32,000 bases of DNA. Source: Methylorubrum extorquens (lineage in GTDB: Bacteria; Pseudomonadota; Alphaproteobacteria; Rhizobiales; Beijerinckiaceae). This document shows, in pieces, positions 16,742-25,990 of the stretch. The notes below the pieces were generated by a model that worked only from the letters and a program-made list of their open reading frames with translations, had not been told where the DNA came from and did no database searches. Each line of letters starts with the position of its first letter. The first letter of the stretch is position 1. The translations under genes were made by a program, and so were the position numbers. The stretch spans positions 3,690,001 through 3,722,000 of the forward strand of contig LT962688.1 in assembly GCA_900234795.1 (NCBI GenBank). The letters are read 5' to 3'.

Positions 16742-17836
16742 ATGCCGGCACCAGCATTGGTTCCTTTCTCGTCCCAAGCCGAAGCCGGGCAGCAGCCGGA
16801 CCACGAGCCGAAGACCATCGCCGACCTGACACGGGAAGTCGGACGCATCGCTCAGGACCGGGTCGGACGCATCCGGCAGATCACCGCCCAGGCGAAGATG
16901 CTGGCCCTCAACGCGCTGATCGAGGCCGCCCGCGCCGGGGAACACGGGCGCGGCTTCTCGGTGGTGGCGCAGGAGGTGCGCGGAATCGGTGCCGAGATCG
17001 AGGCGCTGGCGCGGGAACTGGAAACCGGACTGACCGCGCGGATCGGCGAATTGCAGCAGGGCGTCGATGCGATGACGGCGAGGGCGGAAGGCGAGCGCCT
17101 GGTCGATCTCTCCCTCAACGCCATCGAGCTGATCGACCGCAACCTCTATGAGCGAACCTGCGACGTGCGCTGGTGGGCCACCGACGCGGCGGTGGTCGCC
17201 TGCGCCGCGCGGCCGGACCGGGACGGCGGTTCGGGGACCGCCGACTATGCCTCAAAGCGGCTCGGGGTGATCCTCTCGGCCTACACGGTCTATCTCGATC
17301 TCTGGCTATGCGGCCGCGACGGCACCGTCCTCGCCAACGGCCGGCCCCAGCGCTACCCGAACCTGCGCGGGCGCAGCGTCGCGGGCGAGCCCTGGTTCCG
17401 CGATGCGATCCGCTTGTCGGGCAGCGACGACTACGTTCCCGGCGAGGTCCGGCGCGAGGCGCAGCTCGGCGGCGCACAGGTCGCGACCTATGCCGCCGGG
17501 ATCTACGAGACGAACGGCGCTCCGGCCTGCGGCGTCCTCGCCATCCACTTCGATTGGGAAGCCCAAGCGAAATCGATCGTCGAGGGCGTGCGGATCGCGC
17601 AGGAGGACCGGGCGCGCACCCGCGTGGTGCTCGTGGACGCGCAGCGCCGCATTCTCGCCGCCTCCGACGGCAAGGGCGTTCTCACCGAGACGCTCGCCGT
17701 GGAGCTGAACGGGCGGGAGAGCGGGATCGTCCGCGATCCTCGGACCGGAGCCGTCACGGCGTTTCACAGAACGCCGGGCTACGAGACCTATCGCGGGCTC
17801 GGCTGGTACGGCGCCATCGTCCAAAGCGGCACCTGA
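16742..17836 (+). CDS. Soluble protein with an MCP signalling hairpin-tip fragment followed by a C-terminal Cache/PDC-like putative sensor domain
   Basis: ITAQAKMLALNALIEAARAGEHGRGFSVVAQEVRGIG is the conserved MCP tip. There is no hydrophobic segment. The C-terminal ~240 aa contain YERTCDVRWWATD, GEPWFRDA and GVLAIHFDW. Confidence 0.8.
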   Translation: MPAPALVPFSSQAEAGQQPDHEPKTIADLTREVGRIAQDRVGRIRQITAQAKMLALNALIEAARAGEHGRGFSVVAQEVRGIGAEIEALARELETGLTARIGELQQGVDAMTARAEGERLVDLSLNAIELIDRNLYERTCDVRWWATDAAVVACAARPDRDGGSGTADYASKRLGVILSAYTVYLDLWLCGRDGTVLANGRPQRYPNLRGRSVAGEPWFRDAIRLSGSDDYVPGEVRREAQLGGAQVATYAAGIYETNGAPACGVLAIHFDWEAQAKSIVEGVRIAQEDRARTRVVLVDAQRRILAASDGKGVLTETLAVELNGRESGIVRDPRTGAVTAFHRTPGYETYRGLGWYGAIVQSGT

Positions 17837-17855
17837 CCGGCGCCTGCGGACCGTC

Positions 17856-19058
17856 TCACGCCGCCCGTCTGCCCCCGGACGTGCGCTTCGTGCCGGTCGC
17901 CCTCGCCTTGCGGCCTCCGGTCTGACGCGGCGGCTCGATCTTCGTCGTGCTCTCGCTCTTCGCACCCTTGGAGACGGCCTTCGTCGCCCGTTCCAGCCGG
18001 GCCCGAAGCAGGCTCAGCACCGCGGCCTCCTCCGGGCGCAGCACATCGAGTTCGTTCTTGAGTTCGCCCTCGACCGCCTCCTTCACCTGCAGCAGCATCC
18101 CGCCCTCGAGGTAGCAGTCGAGGATCTGCGGGTGGATGTAGCACTTGCGGCAGATGGTCGGCGTGTTGCCGAGCCGGGACGACACCGACTCGATCGCCGC
18201 GCGCAGGTTCTTCTTGGCCTTGGCCGCGTTGTCGAACGCCTCGAACTCCCGCAGCGCCAGGGCCGCCAGCACCGTCCCGGCCCAGGTGCGGAAATCTTTT
18301 GCCGTGAAATCCTCGCCCGTGATCTCACGCAGATAGGCGTTCACGTCCGAGGAGGTGACGTCGCGCCGCTGGCCATCCTCGTCGAGATACTGGAACAGCT
18401 CCTGGCCGGGCAGGTCCTGGCAAGCCTTGACGATCTTGGCCACGCGGCGGTCGCGCACCGAGACCGACCATTCCTTGCCGCTCTTGCCCTTGAAGCGGAA
18501 GCGCATCTCGGAGCCGGCCACCTTCACATGCGGATCGCGCAGGGTGGTGAGGCCGTAGCTCTTGTTGGAGCGGGCGTAATCGTCGTTGCCGACACGGATC
18601 AGCGTGGTCTCCAAGAGGTGGACCACGGTGGCGAGCACCTTTTCGCGGGGCAGGCCGCGCTTGCCCATATCGGCGTCGATCCGCGCGCGGATGCCCGGCA
18701 GCGCCTCGGCGAAGGCCATGATGCGGTGGAATTTCGAGGCCTCCCGCGCCTCGCGGAAGCGGGGATGGTAGCGGTACTGCTTGCGCCCCTTCTCGTCGCG
18801 CCCGGTCGCCTGGATGTGGCCGTTCGGGTGCGGGCAGATCCACACCTCGGTGTAGGCCGGCGGGATCGCAAGGCTTTTGAGCCGGGCGATCTCCTCCGCG
18901 TCGCGGACCGGGGCGCCCTTCGGGTCGATGTAGCGGAAGCCCTTGCCGTTGCGCTTGCGCCGCAGGCCGGGCTTGGAATCGTCCACGTAGCGCAGGCCCG
19001 CATCCCGCGCGGCCTCGCGGGGATCGACCACGCCGGCTCCGACCTCCTCCGACAGCAT
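17856..19058 (-). CDS. DNA topoisomerase IB (bacterial/poxvirus type)
   Basis: I trimmed the start to ATG 19058, which has GGGAGGG upstream. Motifs are GLRYVDDSKPGLRRKRNGKGFRYIDPKG, IPPAYTEVWICP, GRDEKGRKQYRYHP and TPTICRKCYIHP (region of the catalytic Tyr). Confidence 0.9.
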   Translation of the reverse strand: MLSEEVGAGVVDPREAARDAGLRYVDDSKPGLRRKRNGKGFRYIDPKGAPVRDAEEIARLKSLAIPPAYTEVWICPHPNGHIQATGRDEKGRKQYRYHPRFREAREASKFHRIMAFAEALPGIRARIDADMGKRGLPREKVLATVVHLLETTLIRVGNDDYARSNKSYGLTTLRDPHVKVAGSEMRFRFKGKSGKEWSVSVRDRRVAKIVKACQDLPGQELFQYLDEDGQRRDVTSSDVNAYLREITGEDFTAKDFRTWAGTVLAALALREFEAFDNAAKAKKNLRAAIESVSSRLGNTPTICRKCYIHPQILDCYLEGGMLLQVKEAVEGELKNELDVLRPEEAAVLSLLRARLERATKAVSKGAKSESTTKIEPPRQTGGRKARATGTKRTSGGRRAA

Positions 19059-19141
19059 GACGCCCTCCCTGATCCGTGGGGCATCAACCGGGCGAAAGCC
19101 GGCGCTGTTCCGGAGCGGGCCCCGTGCTATGGCCACGCACG

Positions 19142-20293
19142 ATGACCGCCTCAACAGCCTCTTACGCCGGCAAAAGCCTCGTCTTCGTCGTCACGGAGGA
19201 CTGGTTCTTCGCCTCGCACTTCCTGCCGATGGCGCGCGCCGCCCGGCAGATGGGACTCTCGGTCGCGGTGGTGACGCGGGTGCGCGCGCACCGCGCCGTG
19301 ATCGAGGCCGCCGGCATCCGCGTCGTGCCCTTGGAAGCCGAGCGCTCCAGCCTCAACCCGATGGCGGCGGGCTACGCCGCGGGCCAACTCGCGGGCATCC
19401 TGAAGGCGTTGAAGGCCGACATCGTCCACTGCGTCGCGCTGCGCGGCATCCTCGTCGGCGGGACGGCCGCGGCGATGGCCGGCATCCCGCGCCGAGTCTT
19501 CGCGCTGACCGGTCTCGGATTGCTCGGCGCCCGCGCGGACGCGACCGGGCGGCTGTCGCGGCTGGCGCTGAAAGGGCTGATCCGCGGCCCGCTCGCGAGC
19601 CCGCAGACCCGCTTCCTGTTCGAGAACCCGGACGACGCCCGCGCGCTCGGCCTCGACCCGTCCGACACCGCCGTGACCCTGGTCGGCGGCGCAGGCGTCG
19701 ATCCCGATTCCTTCGCGCCGCGCCCGCTGCCGCCGCCAGCCCCGCTGAAGGTGGCGATCGTCGCGCGGATGCTGTGGTCGAAGGGCATCGACGTCGCGGT
19801 CGAGGCGGTGCGGCAGGCCCGCGCCGGGGGTGCGGCGGTGGAACTCTCGCTCTACGGCGCGCCCGACCCGTCGAACCGCCGGGCGATCCCCGAGGCGACC
19901 CTGCGGGACTGGTCGCGCGACGGGATCACGTGGCATGGGCCGACCGCGGACGTGGCCGGCGTCTTCGCCGCCCACCATGTCGGGGCCCTGCCCTCTCGCG
20001 GCGGCGAAGGGCTGCCGCGCACGTTGCTGGAGGCGGCCTCCTGCGGCCGGGCGATCCTCACCAGCGACGTGCCGGGTTGCCGCGACCTCGTGCGCGACGG
20101 CCTCGAGGGCCTGCTCGTGCCGCCGGGCGACGCCGCCGCGCTCGCCGCCGCGCTGACGCGGCTCGCCGCCGACCCGGCGCTTGTCGCCCGGATGGGGGCG
20201 GCGGCGCGGGCGCGGATCCTCGAAGGCGGCTACACGGAAGCGGCCGTCGCCGAGACGGTGGCGGGGCTCTACGCGGAGCTTCTCGCCTCGTGA
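19142..20293 (+). CDS. Glycosyltransferase, GT4/GT1 family
   Basis: I trimmed the start to ATG 19142. The C-terminal GT-B motif is PSRGGEGLPRTLLEAASCGRAILTSDVPGCRDLVRDGLEGLLVPPGD. Confidence 0.85.
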   Translation: MTASTASYAGKSLVFVVTEDWFFASHFLPMARAARQMGLSVAVVTRVRAHRAVIEAAGIRVVPLEAERSSLNPMAAGYAAGQLAGILKALKADIVHCVALRGILVGGTAAAMAGIPRRVFALTGLGLLGARADATGRLSRLALKGLIRGPLASPQTRFLFENPDDARALGLDPSDTAVTLVGGAGVDPDSFAPRPLPPPAPLKVAIVARMLWSKGIDVAVEAVRQARAGGAAVELSLYGAPDPSNRRAIPEATLRDWSRDGITWHGPTADVAGVFAAHHVGALPSRGGEGLPRTLLEAASCGRAILTSDVPGCRDLVRDGLEGLLVPPGDAAALAAALTRLAADPALVARMGAAARARILEGGYTEAAVAETVAGLYAELLAS

Positions 20294-20940
20294 CCCCGGT
20301 TCGCGATCCCGCCCGCTTCATCCGCGAGCACACGGCCTTGCGCCCGGTGCCGCACGCCCCCGAGATCGTCCTACACGTCGCCGACGAGGCGACGGCGCTC
20401 TGGCAGAAGACCGAGGACGAGTTGGAGGCGATCGGCCTGCCGCCGCCGTTCTGGGCCTTCGCCTGGGCCGGGGGACAGGCGCTCGCCCGCTACATTCTCG
20501 ACAACCCCGCGACCGTAGCGGGGCGGCGGGTGGTCGATTTCGCCTCGGGCTCCGGGCTCGTCGCCATCGCCGCCGCGATGGCCGGCGCGGTCCACGTCAC
20601 CGCGAGCGACCTCGATCCCTTCGCGCTCCACGCGATCCCGCTCAACGCCGCCGCCAACGGCGTGGCGGACCGCATCACCGCGGATGGCAGCGACCTGATC
20701 GGCACGGATGCGGCCTGCGTTCTGGCCGCCGACATCTTCTACGAGCGCGACCTCGCCGCCGCGGTCGGCGGCTGGCTCGGCGACCTGCATGGGCGCGGAC
20801 GCACGGTCCTGATCGGCGATCCCGGCCGCTCCTACCTGCCCCGCGAACGCCTGATCCCGCTCGTGACCTACGAAGTGCCGGTCACGCGGGCGCTGGAGGA
20901 TGCCGAGATCAAGCGATCCTCGGTCTGGCGCTTCGCCTGA
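20290..20940 (+). CDS. Class I SAM-dependent methyltransferase (COG3897-like)
   Basis: The GTG start overlaps the GT stop (GTGA). The SAM motif is VVDFASGSGLVAIAAAMAGA and the acidic loop is ASDLDP. Only the last 216 codons of ORF 19057..20940 are taken. Confidence 0.8.
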   Translation: MTPVRDPARFIREHTALRPVPHAPEIVLHVADEATALWQKTEDELEAIGLPPPFWAFAWAGGQALARYILDNPATVAGRRVVDFASGSGLVAIAAAMAGAVHVTASDLDPFALHAIPLNAAANGVADRITADGSDLIGTDAACVLAADIFYERDLAAAVGGWLGDLHGRGRTVLIGDPGRSYLPRERLIPLVTYEVPVTRALEDAEIKRSSVWRFA

Positions 20941-21028
20941 TCCGCAGCGGCAGCCAGCCTCCCTTGCCGTCCTGGCCCGGTTCGCGCATGCGCCGGAAAG
21001 CCATACCCTCTCCGCGCCGGTCCGAAAA

Positions 21029-22279
21029 ATGCTCGACAGGTTGTTCCATGCCGGCGCGAGCGTTGCCCTGCTGCTCGCCGTGGCGTGGCTGTTCTCGGTG
21101 AACCGGCGGGCGATCCGGCCACGGGTGGTGCTCGCCGCCCTGGCGCTTCAGGTCGGGATCGGCGCGCTGATGCTGTTCGTGCCCGCCGGGCAGAGGGCGC
21201 TCGGCGCGGTGGCGGATGTCGTCACCACCGTGCTTTCCTTCGGCGACCGGGGCACCGCCTTCCTGTTCGGCGGCCTCGTCGAGCCCCGGATGTTCGAGCT
21301 GTTCGGCGGCTCGGGCTTCATCCTGGCCCTGCGGGTGCTGCCGCAGATCCTCTACGTCTCGGCGCTGATCGGCGTGCTCTACCATCTCGGGGTGATGCAG
21401 GCGCTGGCCCGGTTTCTCGGCGCGGGTCTGCGAAAATTGCTCGGCACCTCGCCGATCGAATCGTTCTCGGCGGTCGTCACCATCTTCATCGGGCAGAGCG
21501 AGATCGCCGTGGCCCTGCGCCCCTTCCTCGCGGCACTGACCGGGGCCGAACTGTTCGCGGTGATGACGAGCGGGGCGGCCTCCACCGCCGGCTCGATCCT
21601 CGCCGGATACGCCGCGCTCGGCGTGCCGATGCCGTATCTCCTCGCCGCCTCGTTCATGGCGATTCCCGGCGGGCTGCTCTACGCCAAGATCCTCGTTCCC
21701 TCGACCGAGCCGACGCGCATCCTCACGACACGCGTCGAGTTCGGCGAGGCGCGCGCGGCCAACCTGATCGAAGCCGCCGCCGACGGCACGCAGAAGGGCC
21801 TCGGCGTCGCCGTGGCGGTCGGCGCCATGCTGATCGCCTTCGTCGGGCTGATCGCACTCGTGAACGCCGCCATCGGCTGGACCGGCGGCGTGTTCGGGTT
21901 CGCCGGCCTCTCGATCGAGGGCATTCTCGGCGTCGTGCTGGCGCCTTTGGCCTGGCTCTTGGGCGTGCCGTGGGAGCAGGCGACCCTCGTCGGCGGCGCC
22001 ATCGGCCAGAAGATCGCCTTCAACGAGTTCCTGGCCTATGCCAGCCTGTTGCCGATTTTGAAGGCCGGCACCCTCGATCCGCGCACGAGCGCGATCCTGT
22101 GCTTCGCGCTCTGCGGCTTCGCCAACCTCGCCTCGGTGGCGATTCAGCTCGCGAGTTTCACCAGTCTCGCTCCCGAGCGCCGGCCCGAGATCGCCCGGTT
22201 CGGTCTGCGGGCGATCCTCGCGGGTACGCTCTCGAACCTCACCAGCGCGGCCATCGCCGGATTGTTCATCACCGGGTAA
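21029..22279 (+). CDS. NupC/CNT-family nucleoside transporter
   Basis: I trimmed the start to ATG 21029. The protein is polytopic with FGDRGTAFLFGGL, FIGQSEIA, GFANLASVAIQ and NEFLAY. Confidence 0.9.
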   Translation: MLDRLFHAGASVALLLAVAWLFSVNRRAIRPRVVLAALALQVGIGALMLFVPAGQRALGAVADVVTTVLSFGDRGTAFLFGGLVEPRMFELFGGSGFILALRVLPQILYVSALIGVLYHLGVMQALARFLGAGLRKLLGTSPIESFSAVVTIFIGQSEIAVALRPFLAALTGAELFAVMTSGAASTAGSILAGYAALGVPMPYLLAASFMAIPGGLLYAKILVPSTEPTRILTTRVEFGEARAANLIEAAADGTQKGLGVAVAVGAMLIAFVGLIALVNAAIGWTGGVFGFAGLSIEGILGVVLAPLAWLLGVPWEQATLVGGAIGQKIAFNEFLAYASLLPILKAGTLDPRTSAILCFALCGFANLASVAIQLASFTSLAPERRPEIARFGLRAILAGTLSNLTSAAIAGLFITG

Positions 22280-22336
22280 CGCGCCGAACGAACGGGAATC
22301 GGCGAACCTTTCGGCCTGCATCGTCATTCTGAGAGA

Positions 22337-22693
22337 ATGGAGAACGCGCGCGACATGGAACCGGCCCGAGCCACGCCAGCCTCACCGCAGGCTCCGGCAC
22401 CGGTCACGGCCCGCGATTGGGACGAGCGGGTCGACCGCGCCAGCCAGAAGCTTCCCGAGTCGGTGCAGCGCGGCGTGGCGTGGCTGCGCGAGCCGGCGCG
22501 CTTTCCGGTGCGGCTGCTCGCCGCGATCCTGCTGATCCTCGGCGGCATCTTCTCGATCCTGCCGGTGCTCGGCCTGTGGATGCTCCCGCTCGGCCTCGCG
22601 CTGCTGGCCCAGGACGTGCCCGGCCTCAAGGTGCCGATGGAGAAATCCGCCCGCTGGATCGAGCAGCAATGGCGGCGCTGGCGCGGGAAATAA
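22337..22693 (+). CDS. Small two-TM membrane protein (PGPGW-like)
   Basis: The hydrophobic hairpin is LLAAILLILGGIFSILPVLGLWMLPLGLALLAQ, followed by a basic C-terminus. Confidence 0.55.
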   Translation: MENARDMEPARATPASPQAPAPVTARDWDERVDRASQKLPESVQRGVAWLREPARFPVRLLAAILLILGGIFSILPVLGLWMLPLGLALLAQDVPGLKVPMEKSARWIEQQWRRWRGK

Positions 22694-22800
22694 TCCCTAC
22701 GCCTCCCTCGGCTTTCTGCCGCGCTTGACAGGATATCCGTGGCGGACGACCCATCGCGGATGGGCCTGAGCCGAGAAGGGCTCTTCGGAGACAACCTGTG

Positions 22801-23784
22801 ATGCCGTTGCGTCTGTTCTCCCGCGGGCTCGCCGCCGCCATCCTTGCGGCGACCGTGCTGGCGGGGGCCGTGTCCGCCCCCCTGTCGCCGGCGCGTGCCG
22901 AGGACGCGATCTTTCCGCCGAGTTCGCGGTTCGGCTTCAAGCCGCCGTCGGACATGACGATCTCGAAGCGCTTCACCGGCTTCGAGCGGCTCGGCGGCGG
23001 GGCGATGCTCTCGATCGTCGAACTTCCGGCCGGCGCCTATCCCGAACTCAAGCAGAGCTTCACCGACGAGAACCTCAAGACGCAGGGGCTCGTCGTCCAG
23101 ACCCGTGAGCCGGTGACGCTCGACGGCGGGGCCGAGGGCGTGCTGTTCACCGGTGAGCTGACACCCGCCGACGGCCAGGGCACGCCCGCGGCGCGCAAGT
23201 GGCTCCTCATCGTCGGCGCCCCAGAGGTGACCGGCATCATCATCGCCCAGGCCGCCGTCGAGGCCGAGACCGACGAGTCGATGCGCGGCATGCTCACGGG
23301 CCTGCGCATCCGCGGGGCGCTGTCCCTCGACCAGCAGATCGCCGCCCTGCCCTTCCGCATCGGCGACCTCGCGGGCTTCCGCCCGGTGCGGGCGCTGGCC
23401 GGCAATTCCGTGCTGCTGACCCTCGGCCCGCGCGACCAGGTCACCAACCTGGAACAGCCGATCCTCGTCGTCGCCCAGGCGGTGCAGCAGCCGACGCCGC
23501 AGGAGCAGCGCGACGGCTTCGCCCGCGCCTCGCTCTACGCCAACCAGACGATGAAGGACTTCGTCATCGAGCGGTCTCAGAGCTATCGCCAGAACGGCAT
23601 CGATTGGCACGAGATCGTGGCGCGCGCCGTCGACATCCCTTCAAGCCAGCCGGTGGTGGTCTCGCAGACGATCCGCTTCAACCCGGACGGCTACATCCGC
23701 GCCGTGGGCGTCACCCGCGCTGACCAGCGCGGGCAGATGCTGCCCCTGTTCCGTCAGGTGGTGGACAGCCTGCAACTGCGCTGA
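22801..23784 (+). CDS. Periplasmic hypothetical protein, about 327 aa
   Basis: ATG 22801 (GTG 22798 is also possible). The signal peptide is MPLRLFSRGLAAAILAATVLAGAVSAPLSPARA. The protein appears to consist of two similar-sized halves. No motif recognised. Confidence 0.7.
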   Translation: MPLRLFSRGLAAAILAATVLAGAVSAPLSPARAEDAIFPPSSRFGFKPPSDMTISKRFTGFERLGGGAMLSIVELPAGAYPELKQSFTDENLKTQGLVVQTREPVTLDGGAEGVLFTGELTPADGQGTPAARKWLLIVGAPEVTGIIIAQAAVEAETDESMRGMLTGLRIRGALSLDQQIAALPFRIGDLAGFRPVRALAGNSVLLTLGPRDQVTNLEQPILVVAQAVQQPTPQEQRDGFARASLYANQTMKDFVIERSQSYRQNGIDWHEIVARAVDIPSSQPVVVSQTIRFNPDGYIRAVGVTRADQRGQMLPLFRQVVDSLQLR

Positions 23785-23823
23785 AATCCTCTCCTCCCCG
23801 CGAGGGAGAGGAGAGAAACCGTA

Positions 23824-24123
23824 TCACTCGCAGACGCGCACGCGCCGGATGTAGATGTCGCCGTAGGGGTCGATGGTCTCGCGGCGCTCGAAGTGACAGA
23901 TCGGGCCCTCGACATAGACCGGCCGCGGGGGCGCCCGGTAGACCGGCTTGCCGGGGTAATAGGGATCGTTGGCCGCTGCGATCGCGCCACCGACGGCAAG
24001 GCCGCCGAGCACGCCGAGCGCCGCAGCACCACCCGGACCGATGCCGTCCCGTGCCTGGGCGGCGGGCGCCGTGCCGAGCGCCAGGGCGCTCGCCACCACG
24101 CCCCCGAGAAGGATGCCCCTCAT
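23824..24123 (-). CDS. Small secreted protein with a Cys-bracketed C-terminal loop, 99 aa (paralogue of 12177..12425)
   Basis: The signal peptide is MRGILLGGVVASALALGTAPAAQA, followed by a Gly/Ala-rich segment. The C-terminus is CHFERRETIDPYGDIYIRRVRVC. Confidence 0.6.
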   Translation of the reverse strand: MRGILLGGVVASALALGTAPAAQARDGIGPGGAAALGVLGGLAVGGAIAAANDPYYPGKPVYRAPPRPVYVEGPICHFERRETIDPYGDIYIRRVRVCE

Positions 24124-24489
24124 CGTCGAAACTCCTCAGATTCGCGCCCAGCGGCGCCATCGCGTTGCTGCCGGCAGCGCGGCCGGAGCCTGTGGCTCAA
24201 GCGTGGCGCTACCGAGCCAGGAGAAGAGCCCCGGTTTGAGGCCAATCTTCGGCAAGCCGGAACCCGCGCGGCGCCCTTGGCCTCGCCCCTCGCATGGGTG
24301 CCTGCCGCACCCTTCCCGTCCCGTTTCCTTGCGTACCGGCCCCAAATCGTTGCAGAAGTGCGCGCCGTCCCAGACGTCTTCCGCGCCCTCGCCGGACCGC
24401 CGCCCAGGCGATCCTTCGAGCGAGAAGCGGCCGTCGGGCGGCGATCCGGAACAGGTCCGGTGCCAACGTCGATTACGGTGCGAACTTCC

Positions 24490-25812
24490 ATGACGCAGAC
24501 CCTTCGCCTCGGCATTGCGGGGCTCGGCACGGTCGGTGCCTCCGTCCTGCACATGGTCGCCCGTCGTGCCGAGGCGCTCACCGCCGCGACCGGCCGCACG
24601 ATCACCGTCACCGCCGTCTCCGCCCGTGACCGGAGCCGCGACCGCGGCGTCGATCTGTCGGGCCTGCACTGGTTCGACGAGCCGGTGGCGCTCGCGCGCT
24701 CGCCCGAGATCGACGTGTTCGTCGAACTCGTCGGCGGCTCGGAAGGGCCGGCCAAGGCCGCGGTCGAGGCGGCGCTCGGTGCCGGCAAACATGTCGTGAC
24801 CGCCAACAAGGCGCTGCTCGCCCATCACGGCGCGGCGCTCGCCCGTTTGGCCGAAGCGAACGGCGTCGCGCTCGCCTACGAGGCGTCGGTGGCGGGCGGC
24901 ATTCCGGTCATCAAGGCGATCCGCGAGGGGCTTTCCGGCAACGCGATCTCCCGCGTCTACGGAATCCTCAACGGCACCTGCAACTACATCCTCAGCCGTA
25001 TGGAGGCGGAGGGGCTGACCTTCGAGGCCTGCCTCAAGGACGCGCAGGCGCTCGGCTACGCCGAGGCCGACCCGACCTTCGACGTCGAGGGTTTCGACAC
25101 CGCCCACAAGCTCGCCATCCTCACCAGCCTCGCCTTCGGCGTAGAGATCGACGCCGAGGGCGTCTCGGTCGAGGGGATCTCGGCGATCCAGCCCCTCGAC
25201 CTCACCATGGCCGACGAACTCGGCTACCGCATCAAGCTGCTCGGCGTCGCGCAGGCGACGGAGGCGGGGATCGAGCAGCGGGTCCACCCGACCATGGTGG
25301 CCAAAGCTTCGGCCATCGCCCAGGTGATGGGCGTCACCAACGCCGTCACCGTCGATGCCGACGCGGTCGGCGAGCTGACCCTGATCGGCCCCGGCGCGGG
25401 CGGTGCGGCCACGGCCTCCGCGGTCGTCGCCGACATCACCGATGTGGCGCTCGGCCTCGTGCGCCCGACCTTCGGCCAGCCGATCGCGGGCCTTGCGCCG
25501 CCGCGCCGGGTCGAGATGCAGCGCCACGAGGGCGGCTACTACATCCGGCTGACCGTGCACGACCGCACCGGCGTCGCGGCCGGCGTCGCCACCCGGATGG
25601 CGGAGGCCAACATCTCGATCGAGAGCATCGTCCAGCGCCGCTCCGCCAAGGCCGCCTCCAGCGATCCGCAGGGCCTCTCCGGCCAGCCGGTGCCGCTGGT
25701 GCTGATCACCTACGCCGCGACCGAGGGCAATGTCCGCGAGGCGCTGGCCGCCATCGACCGCGATGGCCTGCTCGCCGAGGCACCGCAATTGATCCGGATC
25801 GAACGCGAATAG
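24490..25812 (+). CDS. hom: Homoserine dehydrogenase
   Basis: I trimmed the start to ATG 24490. Motifs are LGIAGLGTVG, VTANKALLA, YEASVAGGIPVIK and GILNGTCNYILS, with a C-terminal ACT-like region. Confidence 0.95.
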   Translation: MTQTLRLGIAGLGTVGASVLHMVARRAEALTAATGRTITVTAVSARDRSRDRGVDLSGLHWFDEPVALARSPEIDVFVELVGGSEGPAKAAVEAALGAGKHVVTANKALLAHHGAALARLAEANGVALAYEASVAGGIPVIKAIREGLSGNAISRVYGILNGTCNYILSRMEAEGLTFEACLKDAQALGYAEADPTFDVEGFDTAHKLAILTSLAFGVEIDAEGVSVEGISAIQPLDLTMADELGYRIKLLGVAQATEAGIEQRVHPTMVAKASAIAQVMGVTNAVTVDADAVGELTLIGPGAGGAATASAVVADITDVALGLVRPTFGQPIAGLAPPRRVEMQRHEGGYYIRLTVHDRTGVAAGVATRMAEANISIESIVQRRSAKAASSDPQGLSGQPVPLVLITYAATEGNVREALAAIDRDGLLAEAPQLIRIERE

Positions 25813-25930
25813 GCACGAAAGCCGAGGCACCCGCCGCCGTTTTCCGACGCGATCCCGCCGAAACCGCCATCCCGTGCGGAGACGGGACGGTGTGCGCGGA
25901 TCGACACCGGCCGGAACCGGGCGAGCCGAG

Positions 25931-25973
25931 AGCATCGTCCCGAAAGGTGGCCACCGGCTTTCGGGACGATGCT
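25931..25973. repeat. Best copy of the palindromic repeat family
   Basis: AGCATCGTCCCGAAAG-gtggccaccgg-CTTTCGGGACGATGCT has perfect 16-bp arms. The centre contains the GGTGGCCACC palindrome. Confidence 0.7.
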
Positions 25974-25990
25974 ACGACAAGAGATGAGCG

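Noticed and set aside
19057-20289. N-terminal 410 codons of the 627-aa ORF 19057..20940
   Set aside because: It is out of frame across the glycosyltransferase gene and is Arg/Pro/Gly-rich. Only the last 216 codons (from GTG 20290) form a SAM methyltransferase.
20909-22327. 472-aa minus-strand ORF, plus the 415-aa plus-strand ORF 21085-22332
   Set aside because: They are antisense to or out of frame with the NupC-family transporter gene, whose frame gives a coherent polytopic membrane protein.
24124-24489. SAM-II or other riboswitch in the 366-bp region upstream of hom
   Set aside because: No AAAGCU-type pseudoknot element or other conserved core was recognisable by eye. The region is left unannotated.
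24136-25935. 599-aa minus-strand ORF
   Set aside because: It is antisense to hom and has low-complexity Arg/Gly/Asp composition.
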